The notes beneath the pieces are model-generated. The model was not told the origin of the DNA. It saw only the letters and a program-made list of their open reading frames with translations, and did no database searches. Positions 49,049-58,544 of a stretch of DNA of 64,000 nucleotides are shown piece after piece; positions within the stretch are counted from its first letter, which is position 1, and the number at the start of each line of letters is the position of its first letter. The stretch is taken from positions 425-64,424 of the forward strand of contig JAFGXP010000045.1 in NCBI GenBank assembly GCA_016936535.1. Direction: 5' to 3'. Made by a program: the position numbers and the translations under genes. The stretch comes from Thiotrichales bacterium (GTDB lineage Bacteria > Pseudomonadota > Gammaproteobacteria > Thiomicrospirales > Thiomicrospiraceae).

Positions 49049-51259
49049 ATGAGCGGATTAGGGCGATTTTTAAAGCAATTCGGCTGGGTCAGTTTGCTGT
49101 TTAGCGTACTGATCATTATGTTGGCAATCATGAGCCAGATTTTACAAAATGCCTCTCAATTCGCCGAAGCCTACTGGGTGCTGCTGTTTATCACTTGGCT
49201 GGGGGTCGCGGTTTTACTCACCCTGTTTTTTCGCACCCTGTGGAAACTGTACAAGCAACTGCAGCAAAAAATACCTGGCATTAAAATCACGGTTCGCTTG
49301 ACCTTGCTCGCAACGCTATTGATGGGGATTCCTGCCATCACCATCTACGCTTTCTCGCTAAATTTCATTCAACAAGGGATTAGCCAATGGTTTGATGTCA
49401 CCACCGAAGAGGCGCTGGAAAAAGCCGCTAACCTCGTCAGTATGACCTTAGACAACAAGACCCGCGACAGCCTAAAACTCACCCAATCGGTCTTATCACA
49501 ACAGCAAATTTCACTGGAGTTCAACCCGATTACGGCCGTGAACAACATCCGTGTCTTGCTCAATGCCCAAGAAGTAGCCCTTTATCAAACCAATCAGCAA
49601 CTGGTCGCCTTTAGCTCGCAAGATGGCACGCAGATTCTTCCAAGAACACCGGGAGATAACCTGTTTCAACAAGTACGAAAAGAGACCCCCTATGCGGCGA
49701 TTGAAACCATCGAGGGTGCCACGCAACAAGAACGCTTTGTCCGCATTTTTGTACCGGTCAATTACGGCCTCAACACGCAATATGCACTGCAAGCGATTTT
49801 TCCGCTGCCAGGGAATTTAACTGAGTTGGCCGACTCGGTCGCGGTGGCTGCTCAACAATATCGAGAGCTTTCTTACCTGAAAGACCCGCTGACAACCAGC
49901 TTTACCTTGATTTTGTCGATGGTAGTATTACTGACCTTAGTGACCGCTGTACTGTTTACCATTCGCGCCGTGCAAAACTTTACCAGCCCCATTCGGATTT
50001 TGGCGCGCGGCACCAAAGCGGTATCACGTGGCGACTACAGTATTCGCATGCCGATTAAACGCCAAGATGAGTTCGGCGAGTTGATTAGCTCTTTTAACGA
50101 TATGATTGCGCGCATTGCACAAGCACGCAACGACATCAAACTCAGTCACCAACAGGCCGAAGTGCAAAAACTATACCTGCAAGCGGTGATTCAAAACCTC
50201 TCCAGCGGGGTGATTACCCTCGATACGCAAATGCAAGTGCGCACCCTTAATAGCGCAGCCCAACGTATTTTAGGGTTACAAAATCACCCAGTAAACGACA
50301 TTCCACTCAGCGAATTGGGGCAACTTTTGCCAATCAAAGAACACGCAACCGATCGAGTGGGCTTGGACCTCCTGTTTGAGAAAGTCGTACAACAGTTTGA
50401 CCAAGCCCAGACCGCGCACGAGAACAGCTGGCACCTACAATTTGATTACCCTAGCGAAGAGGGCCAACGGATTTTACGGATTAACGGCTCACCTCTGCCC
50501 TCCTTAGAGCAGCAAACCGCCGGTTATATTTTGGTGATTGACGACATAACCAACTTAGTACAAGCGCAGTTAAATGCGGCGTGGAGTGATGTCGCACGGC
50601 GTTTAGCACATGAAATCAAAAATCCACTCACGCCAATTCAGCTTTCTGCGGAGCGACTCAATCTTAAATTAGGGCGGCGCTTGCAAGGTGAAGACCAAGC
50701 TTTGCTTGAGCGATTGACGCAAACGATTATTGAACAAGTCGGCACCATGCAGAAACTGGTTCAGGCTTTTAGCGACTATGCCAATACGCCAGAAGTGGAT
50801 TTGCAAAAAACCGAGTTGTGCAGCCTGATAAAGGGCATCACGGAAATGTATCAAGACCCACAAGCAAAATGGCAGGTCTTGTCGCATCTTGACCATAACT
50901 GTCCGCTGGTATTGGCCGACAAATCGCGCTTGCGGCAGTTATTTCATAACTTAATTAAAAATGCGCTCGAAGCAACCGAAAACGTGGACGCACCGCAAGT
51001 CGATATTTATGCCGAAGTTTTGGTCGATGAACGTCTGCAAATTCAAGTTTGCGACAATGGCCCAGGCATCCCCAAAGAGGCACAAAACTGGATTTTTGAA
51101 CCCTACGCGACCGATAAACCCAAAGGCACAGGGCTTGGCCTCGCCGTTGTTCGTAAAATTGTCGAAGAGCATCATGGACAAATCCGCGTTAAGGCTTCAC
51201 CCGCTGAGGGCAGCTGCTTTATAATCACGCTACCCATTTTACCGAGTGAGAGACGATGA
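49049..51259 (+). CDS. NtrY-like sensor histidine kinase (TM-HAMP-PAS-HisKA-HATPase)
   Basis: Several N-terminal TM segments, a HAMP region (PIRILARGTKAVSRGDYSIRMP...FGELISSFNDM), H-box RRLAHEIKNPLTPI, and N/G boxes (HNLIKNA, DNGPGIP, GTGLGLA). Confidence 0.9.
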   Translation: MSGLGRFLKQFGWVSLLFSVLIIMLAIMSQILQNASQFAEAYWVLLFITWLGVAVLLTLFFRTLWKLYKQLQQKIPGIKITVRLTLLATLLMGIPAITIYAFSLNFIQQGISQWFDVTTEEALEKAANLVSMTLDNKTRDSLKLTQSVLSQQQISLEFNPITAVNNIRVLLNAQEVALYQTNQQLVAFSSQDGTQILPRTPGDNLFQQVRKETPYAAIETIEGATQQERFVRIFVPVNYGLNTQYALQAIFPLPGNLTELADSVAVAAQQYRELSYLKDPLTTSFTLILSMVVLLTLVTAVLFTIRAVQNFTSPIRILARGTKAVSRGDYSIRMPIKRQDEFGELISSFNDMIARIAQARNDIKLSHQQAEVQKLYLQAVIQNLSSGVITLDTQMQVRTLNSAAQRILGLQNHPVNDIPLSELGQLLPIKEHATDRVGLDLLFEKVVQQFDQAQTAHENSWHLQFDYPSEEGQRILRINGSPLPSLEQQTAGYILVIDDITNLVQAQLNAAWSDVARRLAHEIKNPLTPIQLSAERLNLKLGRRLQGEDQALLERLTQTIIEQVGTMQKLVQAFSDYANTPEVDLQKTELCSLIKGITEMYQDPQAKWQVLSHLDHNCPLVLADKSRLRQLFHNLIKNALEATENVDAPQVDIYAEVLVDERLQIQVCDNGPGIPKEAQNWIFEPYATDKPKGTGLGLAVVRKIVEEHHGQIRVKASPAEGSCFIITLPILPSERR

Positions 51260-52590
51260 GACCTGGCAAGCTGCTAATTGTTGATGACGAAAAAGACATT
51301 CGTAACCTAATGCAGGAGATTTTTGTCGAAGAGGGTTATCAAGTCAGCACCGCCGCCAATGGCATACAAGCCAAACAAGCCTGGCGTCAAACCTTACCGG
51401 ACATCATGTTTTTGGATGTTTGGATGCCGGATGTCGATGGTATTTCTTTACTCAAAGAGATGCAAGATGAAGCTCTGCTAGAACACACCAAGGTGATTAT
51501 GATGTCCGGTCACGGCACCATCGAAACCGCCATTGAAGCGACCCGCCTTGGTGCTTACGACTTTTTAGAAAAGCCGCTGTCATTGGCCAAATTAATTGTC
51601 ACCGCCGAGCGCGCAATGGAAAACATTCGCCTCAACCAAGAAAATCGCCAGCTCAAACAAAAGCTGCCCGAACAGTTTATGCCGATTGGCAAAAGCAAAA
51701 TGATGATGGCGCTGCGCGAAACGATTGAACGACTCAGTAAGTTCACCATGCCGGTCTTGATTGAGGGCGACTCAGGCAGCGGCAAACACCATCTGGCCCG
51801 AGCTTTGCACAAAACCAGCTTGCGCAAAGAGGCTGCGATTGTTGAACTCTCGGCCTATGACTTCAATCGCTATCTGGAACAGATGCAAGAATCCGCCCTG
51901 TTAAATCTTTTGCGTCAGGCCGATTTGGGCACTCTGGTCATTGCCAATATTGAACAATTAAATCTCGATGCGCAGACCCTGTTATTAGATTTGGTTAGCC
52001 ACCGTCCGCTTAGTTTACAACCTGAAAAAATTCTCCTCGACATTCGCTTAATTTCGTTAAGTCGGGGTGGTTTAGAACAAGCGGTAGAGGGCAAACAATT
52101 CCGCGAAGATCTTTATAGCCGTTTAAAAGTCATGCCAATCCAAATTCCGGCCCTACGCCAACACACCGAGGATATTCCGGAGCTTTTGGAGTTTTTTGTT
52201 AACCATTTTGTCACGCGCGACGGCCTTGAATATCGTCACTTTCACCTCGCTGCACAAAATATCCTGCGCCAATACACTTGGCCAGGCAATCTCAAAGAGC
52301 TGCAAAATCTTGTCCAACGACTGCTGATTCTTGGCAGTGGCGAAATTGGCGATGACGAAGTGCGTAAATACTTAAATGAATCGCAAGCCGAAAGCACTCA
52401 AGCGCCCAGTGTCGATACCAGCGTCAATCTCAAAGAGGCCAAAGACCGCCTTGAAGCCGCTTACTTATCGCAACTGCTGCGCGAAACCGGTGGCAATGTT
52501 GCCGAAACGGCCAAGCGCTCTGGAATCGACCGCACCAATCTCTATCGCAAACTAAAAAGTCTGGGCATTGATCCAAAAAACCCGCTCTAG
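51256..52590 (+). CDS. NtrX-like response regulator (REC, degenerate AAA+, Fis-type HTH)
   Basis: The REC domain has DD (LIVDDE) and the acceptor Asp (MFLDVWMPD). The AAA+ Walker A reads GDSGSGKH. The C-terminal HTH reads GNVAETAKRSGIDRTNLYRKLK. ATGA overlap with the kinase gene. Confidence 0.88.
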   Translation: MRPGKLLIVDDEKDIRNLMQEIFVEEGYQVSTAANGIQAKQAWRQTLPDIMFLDVWMPDVDGISLLKEMQDEALLEHTKVIMMSGHGTIETAIEATRLGAYDFLEKPLSLAKLIVTAERAMENIRLNQENRQLKQKLPEQFMPIGKSKMMMALRETIERLSKFTMPVLIEGDSGSGKHHLARALHKTSLRKEAAIVELSAYDFNRYLEQMQESALLNLLRQADLGTLVIANIEQLNLDAQTLLLDLVSHRPLSLQPEKILLDIRLISLSRGGLEQAVEGKQFREDLYSRLKVMPIQIPALRQHTEDIPELLEFFVNHFVTRDGLEYRHFHLAAQNILRQYTWPGNLKELQNLVQRLLILGSGEIGDDEVRKYLNESQAESTQAPSVDTSVNLKEAKDRLEAAYLSQLLRETGGNVAETAKRSGIDRTNLYRKLKSLGIDPKNPL

Positions 52591-52651
52591 GGAAACCCTT
52601 TTCGGATGGGTGTCAAGCACGTTGGATGCCCCACTTTGAGAGTCAAAATCT

Positions 52652-54055
52652 ATGAACATTGTTATTTTAGGCGCGGGGCAAGTTGGTTCATCGTTGGCGG
52701 AGGTTTTAGCCAATGAAAATAACGATGTTACCGTGGTCGATATTGATCGCTTACATTTACAGCGCCTACAAGACCGCTTGGACATTCGCACGGTGTTTGG
52801 TCACGCGTCTCACCCTGATGTGCTGTTGCAAGCCGGCTTAGAAGATGCCGACATCCTGATTGCGGCAACCCAAAACGATGAAACCAATATTTTGGCCTGT
52901 TATCTGGCGCAAACCCTGTTTAAAGTGAACACCAAAATCGCCCGCGTTCGTGGCCGTTCTTATCTGGATCATCCGGAACTGTTCCAACGTACCGACAGTG
53001 AAAAAGGCCTGCACATTGACCTTTTGATCAGTCCGGAAAACCTCGTGACGAATTACATCTTACAGTTGATTGCCCACCCGGGATCACTACAGGTCATTGA
53101 TTTCCACGACGGTAAACTGCGCCTGGTAGCGATGGCCGCTCACTCAGATGGCCTCTTAGTCAACAAAAGCATCAGCACCCTCTCTAAGCATCTGCCAAGC
53201 CATGTTAAAGCGCGAATTGTTGCCATCTATCGTAAGGACGAAATCGTCATGCCAACCGGTGACACGGTGATTCGCACCGGCGATGAAGTATTCTTTTTAG
53301 CCGAACCGAAACACGTTCCAACAATCATTGCCGAGCTGCGCCAACGCAAAGAGAAACCGTCTCGCAACATTATGATTGGCGGCGGCGGTAATATTGGTTT
53401 TCACTTGGCTCAAGCGCTGGAAAAAACTCATAAGGTCAAACTGGTTGACCGCAATATGCAGCAAGCGCGAGAAGTGGCCGAAAAACTCGACAACACCATC
53501 ATCATTCATGGTGACGTTTCTGACAAAGACCTGTTGCTGGAAGAAAATATTGATGAAATTGATCTGTTCATTGCCGTCACCAACAGCGATGAAGCCAATA
53601 TTATTTCGGGTATGTTGGCCAAAAAACTCGGTGTACGTCGAGTAATTGCGCTGGTCAACAACCAATCCTATGTTGAACTGATTCAACTCAACGGCATTGA
53701 CATCGCCATCTCGGCCGATCGCATTACGACCAGTCAACTGCTTCATCACACTCGCCAAGGCGATACGGTCAAGGCCGTGACGCTGCGTCGTGGAACAGCC
53801 GAAGCGATGGAGGTCGTGGCACACGGTTCGGAAAACACTTCGGAAATCATTGGCAAAAAACTCACCGAGATTCCTTGGCCAAAAGACATTACCGTAGGGG
53901 CGATTATTCGCGAAGGTCGGGTCTTAATCGCTCATCGTGACTTGGAAATTGAAGCCGATGATCATGTTGTGCTGTTTTTGACCGATCCAAACAGTGCCTC
54001 CGAAGTTGCCAAACTGTTTGCCACCAGCCAACCCAGTTGGATTGGTTGGAGCTGA
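52652..54055 (+). CDS. trkA: Trk potassium uptake system NAD-binding protein TrkA
   Basis: Two RCK/KTN halves with IVILGAGQVG and IMIGGGGNIG. About 460 aa, like E. coli TrkA. Confidence 0.95.
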   Translation: MNIVILGAGQVGSSLAEVLANENNDVTVVDIDRLHLQRLQDRLDIRTVFGHASHPDVLLQAGLEDADILIAATQNDETNILACYLAQTLFKVNTKIARVRGRSYLDHPELFQRTDSEKGLHIDLLISPENLVTNYILQLIAHPGSLQVIDFHDGKLRLVAMAAHSDGLLVNKSISTLSKHLPSHVKARIVAIYRKDEIVMPTGDTVIRTGDEVFFLAEPKHVPTIIAELRQRKEKPSRNIMIGGGGNIGFHLAQALEKTHKVKLVDRNMQQAREVAEKLDNTIIIHGDVSDKDLLLEENIDEIDLFIAVTNSDEANIISGMLAKKLGVRRVIALVNNQSYVELIQLNGIDIAISADRITTSQLLHHTRQGDTVKAVTLRRGTAEAMEVVAHGSENTSEIIGKKLTEIPWPKDITVGAIIREGRVLIAHRDLEIEADDHVVLFLTDPNSASEVAKLFATSQPSWIGWS

Positions 54056-54056
54056 T

Positions 54057-55508
54057 ATGCACTCAAAAATCATTCGTAAAATTTTCGGGCTTTTGTTGAT
54101 GATTTTCAGCATCAGCTTGCTGCCACCAATTGTGGTGGCCATGCTCTATCAAGACGGCGCTTTAATTGCATTTAGCAGTGTGATGATTGGGTTGTTGGTT
54201 TTGGGGGGATTGCTTTGGTATCCAGTGCGTCATTACAAGCGTGAGCTTAAAATTCGCGATGGCTTCTTAGTAGTGGTGATGTTTTGGACGGTTCTCGGCA
54301 TGGCCGGTGCCTTACCGTTTTACATCGAAAAAGAAGTTCCTCTTAGCATGACTGACAGTATTTTTGAATCCTTTTCTGGCCTAACCACCACCGGCGCTAC
54401 CGTAATGAGTGGGCTCGATAGCATGCCGCATGCGATTCTCTGGTACCGACAACAGCTGCAATGGATGGGGGGCATGGGGATTATTGTCTTGGCTGTGGCG
54501 GTTTTACCGATTTTAGGGGTGGGCGGAATGCAGCTTTATCGTGCCGAAACGCCGGGGCCAGTGAAAGACAATAAGCTGGCACCGCGCATTTCCGAAACCG
54601 CAAAAACCCTCTGGTATTTATATTTAGGCTTAACGGTCGCCTGTGCCCTGGCCTATTGGTGGGCCGGTATGAGTGGCTTTGACGCCATTGGCCACAGTTT
54701 TTCAACCGTGGCAATCGGTGGCTTTTCAACGCACGATGCCAGTATCGGTTACTTCAATGATCAAACCATTGAAACCATTGCCATTATTTTTATGTTTTTG
54801 TCTGGCATTAACTTCGCTCTGCACTTTACCGCCTTTCGCAATCGTACCTTACGCCCCTATCGCCTTGACCCAGAAGTGCAAGTATATACCAGTCTGTTGC
54901 TTGGTGGGATTGCCATCAGCACGCTTTACCTCTACTCACAAGGCACCTTTTCAAGCTTAGCTGAATCCCTACGTTATGGCGCTTTTATGACCGTTTCGAT
55001 TGCAACCACCACGGGCTTTGGCAATACCGACTTCGCCGCTTGGCCAGGTTTTTTGCCAGTGATGCTGGTCTTTATGGCTTTTATCGGCGGCTGTGCCTAC
55101 TCCACGGCTGGCGGCATGAAAGTGATTCGGTTTATTCTGCTGTTTAAACAAGGCATTCGTGAAGTGCACCGTTTGCTGCATCCAAATGCATTGATTTCGA
55201 TCAAACTCAATGGCAAAACGGTGGAAGAGCGAGTCATTATGGCGGTCTGGGGATTCTTCTCGCTCTATGTTGCCCTATTTGCCATTATGATGCTGATGTT
55301 GATGGCCTTGGGCTCGGATCAGGTCACCGCCTTTTCGGCGGTCGCTGCGACCATCACCAATTTAGGACCCGGTTTGGGCGAGGTATCGAGCAATTTCAGC
55401 AGCCTGAGTGATCCGGCTAAATGGATTTTGACGTTTGCAATGCTACTAGGCCGTTTAGAAATTTTCACGCTTCTCGTCCTGTTTACTGCGGCTTTCTGGC
55501 GAAAATAA
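54057..55508 (+). CDS. trkH: Trk potassium uptake system membrane protein TrkH
   Basis: ATG 54057 lies 1 nt after the trkA stop. The polytopic protein has TrkH-type pore-loop motifs (GLTTTGAT, GGFSTHD, TTTGFG). Confidence 0.93.
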   Translation: MHSKIIRKIFGLLLMIFSISLLPPIVVAMLYQDGALIAFSSVMIGLLVLGGLLWYPVRHYKRELKIRDGFLVVVMFWTVLGMAGALPFYIEKEVPLSMTDSIFESFSGLTTTGATVMSGLDSMPHAILWYRQQLQWMGGMGIIVLAVAVLPILGVGGMQLYRAETPGPVKDNKLAPRISETAKTLWYLYLGLTVACALAYWWAGMSGFDAIGHSFSTVAIGGFSTHDASIGYFNDQTIETIAIIFMFLSGINFALHFTAFRNRTLRPYRLDPEVQVYTSLLLGGIAISTLYLYSQGTFSSLAESLRYGAFMTVSIATTTGFGNTDFAAWPGFLPVMLVFMAFIGGCAYSTAGGMKVIRFILLFKQGIREVHRLLHPNALISIKLNGKTVEERVIMAVWGFFSLYVALFAIMMLMLMALGSDQVTAFSAVAATITNLGPGLGEVSSNFSSLSDPAKWILTFAMLLGRLEIFTLLVLFTAAFWRK

Positions 55509-55519
55509 CGGGGAAAAGA

Positions 55520-56107
55520 ATGGATTCTGTTCAACAAAAATGGGAGCACCATTACGCCAACGCCGATCTCAAAAGTCCGGCTCACCCTTGCTTTGTGCTA
55601 CAGCAGCATTCCCGCTTACTGCCGTTACGGGGCCGCGCTTTGGATCTGGCCTGCGGATTAGGCGGCAATGCCCGTTTTTTGGCACGCTGTGGCTTAAAAA
55701 CCGATGCCTGGGATATTTCGGATAACGCCTTGAGCGTGCTTAATCAATATGCGCATTTGCACCAACTGCCGATCACGCCCTTAATCACCGATCTGAAACA
55801 GATGCTGCTGCCCTATCAACAATACGATGTGATTGTCGTCAGCCGCTATCTAGACCGCGCCTTACGCCAGCCCTTAATCGATGCCCTTAAACCTAACGGA
55901 TTGCTGTTTTACCAAACGTTTCTCGGTCCGGTACAAATTCAAGGCCCAAACAATCCCGACTTCTATCTGCAATCGGGTGAGTTAACCAGGCTCTTTTCTT
56001 CTTTGAAGATCTGGGTTTACGGTGAAGGATGGCTTGACTCAGAAAATGCACTCGACCTGCAGGCTCAGCATCGCTATAGTTGGATGGTTGGGCAAAAAAT
56101 CGCTTAA
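55520..56107 (+). CDS. class I SAM-dependent methyltransferase (TehB-like small MT)
   Basis: Motif I ALDLACGLGGNARFLA. Start is at ATG 55520, 12 nt after the trkH stop. Confidence 0.75.
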   Translation: MDSVQQKWEHHYANADLKSPAHPCFVLQQHSRLLPLRGRALDLACGLGGNARFLARCGLKTDAWDISDNALSVLNQYAHLHQLPITPLITDLKQMLLPYQQYDVIVVSRYLDRALRQPLIDALKPNGLLFYQTFLGPVQIQGPNNPDFYLQSGELTRLFSSLKIWVYGEGWLDSENALDLQAQHRYSWMVGQKIA

Positions 56108-56132
56108 AAATTAGATTTTAGAGGAGAAAAAA

Positions 56133-57047
56133 ATGGAGCTCATGGCCGGAAACTTTGTCGTCATTATCCTGCTGATTGCCGTGTTGATTGTATTAATGCG
56201 TGGCGTAAAAGTCGTGCCACAAGCCGAAAACTGGGTGATTGAACGTCTTGGCAAATACAACTGCACACTCGAAGGCGGATTGAATTTTATTATCCCTTTT
56301 GTTGATGACATCAGAGTCAAATACAACACCCAAGAGCAAACCATCGACATCCCCTCGCAACGAGTCATCACCAAAGACAACGTCTCTATTTTTATTGACG
56401 GCCTGGTTTTCATGCGAATTACGGATGCTGAGGCGGCCACTTATGCGGCACTGGATGTACGCCTGATGGTCAGTCAACTGTGCCAAACCACCTTACGATC
56501 AGAAATCGGTTCTCTTGAACTGGATGAAACCTTAAGCTCGCGCGACGATTTAAATGCCTCGCTGATGCAAGCGCTGAATAATGCGGGCAATGAATGGGGT
56601 CTGAAAGTGACCCGAGTTGAGGTCAGTGATATTTCTGTACCGGAGGAAGTGCAAAAAGCCATGGAGTTGCAATTGCAGGCCACTCGTGAGCGCCGAGCGA
56701 TTGAAACCAAGGCTCAAGCAGAAAAGAACGCCGTGATTGCCGATGCCGAAGCTCAGCGTCAAAAAGCTTTTTTAGAGGCAGAGGCTTTAGAAAGAACTGC
56801 CGATGCCGAACGTTATCAACAAGAACAACTCGGAATTGGACAACAACTGGCGATTCAAGCGGTTGCCCAAGCAATGCAGAACAACCCGCAAGCGGCTGAA
56901 TATTTGCTGGCCAAAGAACGGGTCAAAGCCTTCTCAGGCTTAGCGGCATCGGACTCCAGTAACAAAATTGTGATTCCAGTCGAAACCAGTGAATTGCTTG
57001 GTTCAATGAGCCTGCTGCAAGGTCTACTCAAAACCGAATCGCGTTAG
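56133..57047 (+). CDS. SPFH/band-7 (stomatin-like, QmcA/YbbK type) protein
   Basis: SD gaggag, an N-terminal TM segment and an SPFH core (VPQAENWVIERLGKY...TKDNV...RSEIGSLELDE), followed by a coiled-coil A/E/Q-rich tail. Confidence 0.9.
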   Translation: MELMAGNFVVIILLIAVLIVLMRGVKVVPQAENWVIERLGKYNCTLEGGLNFIIPFVDDIRVKYNTQEQTIDIPSQRVITKDNVSIFIDGLVFMRITDAEAATYAALDVRLMVSQLCQTTLRSEIGSLELDETLSSRDDLNASLMQALNNAGNEWGLKVTRVEVSDISVPEEVQKAMELQLQATRERRAIETKAQAEKNAVIADAEAQRQKAFLEAEALERTADAERYQQEQLGIGQQLAIQAVAQAMQNNPQAAEYLLAKERVKAFSGLAASDSSNKIVIPVETSELLGSMSLLQGLLKTESR

Positions 57048-57156
57048 TTGAATGAAAGGCAGTTTGCAAAAGCCTAAAGCTTAAGCTGCCTCAAAAAGCG
57101 GTGCCGAATTTTGCACGCCAATCCCCCTCTTTTTCATAATCCTTTTGGAGACGTCG

Positions 57157-57630
57157 ATGCTGGAATGGATGAATGATGGCTCTTTTGCCCCCTCCCTATT
57201 ACTGGTTGGTGGGCTCATTTTGATACTTGGCGAACTTTTGATTACCGGGACGTTTGTCCTGTTTTGGTTTGGGCTGAGCTTGCTGATGGTTGGCGCTTAC
57301 AGCCTATACCAGCCACTCAATTGGACTTGGCAACTCTTGCTCATTACTGGGGTAGGCACACTCTTAACGGCTTTCTTCAACCCTTACTTGCGCAAAACCC
57401 GAAAACCGCAAGAAACGCAAGCATTCGCCCCCGCCGCCGAGCAGACAATCGGTACTTTACACCTCGATCGCAAAGGGCAGTGCTCGGTATTTTATCGCGG
57501 CACCTATTGGCTAATTGATCCGCTGACACCGCCCAATCCGGTGCAACAAAATCTTGCGGTCAAAATTACAGCCGTCAAAGGTAACGTCGTCAGCATTGCC
57601 ATGCTGCCCGAGGCATCCAACACTCAATAA
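57157..57630 (+). CDS. NfeD-family membrane protein (YbbJ-like partner of the SPFH protein)
   Basis: Three hydrophobic helices, then a small soluble beta domain (GTLHLDRKGQCSVFYRGTYWLI). It occupies the classical position downstream of an SPFH gene. Confidence 0.8.
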   Translation: MLEWMNDGSFAPSLLLVGGLILILGELLITGTFVLFWFGLSLLMVGAYSLYQPLNWTWQLLLITGVGTLLTAFFNPYLRKTRKPQETQAFAPAAEQTIGTLHLDRKGQCSVFYRGTYWLIDPLTPPNPVQQNLAVKITAVKGNVVSIAMLPEASNTQ

Positions 57631-58544
57631 ACCGATTTTGTTCCCACTGGCAGTCCACGAAAGCGGCGGTATGTCCATAGATACTGTCCTGGTGCCAGAG
57701 CGATGCAATGTTCGACCGCCTGATTTAAAGCACAAGCCGCTTCAACCGAGTCTGGACTGGCTAGCGCGGCTCGGTCCGTTGGCAGCAAATGCACGACAAA
57801 TCCACCTTGTGGATGGCGCACAGCGATCAACATCAAACACTCCGCCTCTGTTTTTTGCAAGAGTTTACTCACCAAGGTCATGGTACGGGCAGGAATGCCC
57901 ATAAACGGAGCGTGCACACCATTTTTCCCCGCATCCTGATCTGGCAAGAGTGCGCTGACTTGATTGGCGTGTAGCGCCTGAATTAACTGCCGCAAACCGC
58001 GTAAATCCGTTGCCACCAAACTCGAACCAAAGCGGGTGCGCGCGTGACGCATAACCGGATCTAGACCCGGTAAATTAGGTGGACGGTACATAATCGTCGT
58101 TGGATAGTGGATAGCCGCATAAATGCCGGCCAATTCCCAGTTTCCAATATGCGGCCCTAACAACAGTACCCCTTTTCCTCTCGCATAGGCTTGCTGCAAA
58201 TAATCTTGTCCATGCACTTCTCGTATCACCCCAACCAATTTCGATTGTGGCCAATACCACATGGGCCCCAACTCTAAAATAGATTGCGCATTGTGCTGCA
58301 AAACCGATTTCAGCCTTTGACGCTGCTGTCTAGAGGAAAGCGTCGGATAGACTGCGCGAAGATTGGCCTGCGCCACTTTGCGCATCGGGTTTGGAATCCA
58401 AAATAATAGCCACCCTAAGCCTTTGGCCAAGGCAGAAATCCATCGCATTGGCATCCAAGAAAACAGATGCAACCCGCCTAACAGTGGATAAATTGCCCAG
58501 CGTTTGAGGACTTGCTTCCAACGTGATTTTTGCCGGGCACTCAT
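57624..58544 (-). CDS. lipid A biosynthesis late acyltransferase (LpxL/LpxM/LpxP, HtrB family)
   Basis: HX4E acyltransferase motif GPHIGNWELAG, N-terminal TM anchor, 306 aa. The stop overlaps the convergent nfeD end by 7 nt. Confidence 0.85.
   Translation of the reverse strand: MSARQKSRWKQVLKRWAIYPLLGGLHLFSWMPMRWISALAKGLGWLLFWIPNPMRKVAQANLRAVYPTLSSRQQRQRLKSVLQHNAQSILELGPMWYWPQSKLVGVIREVHGQDYLQQAYARGKGVLLLGPHIGNWELAGIYAAIHYPTTIMYRPPNLPGLDPVMRHARTRFGSSLVATDLRGLRQLIQALHANQVSALLPDQDAGKNGVHAPFMGIPARTMTLVSKLLQKTEAECLMLIAVRHPQGGFVVHLLPTDRAALASPDSVEAACALNQAVEHCIALAPGQYLWTYRRFRGLPVGTKSVY

Noticed and set aside
57624-57630. 7-nt overlap of the convergent nfeD and lpxL-family gene ends
   Set aside because: The overlap is real in the sequence, but short convergent overlaps of stop regions are common. 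On its own it is not evidence of regulation.
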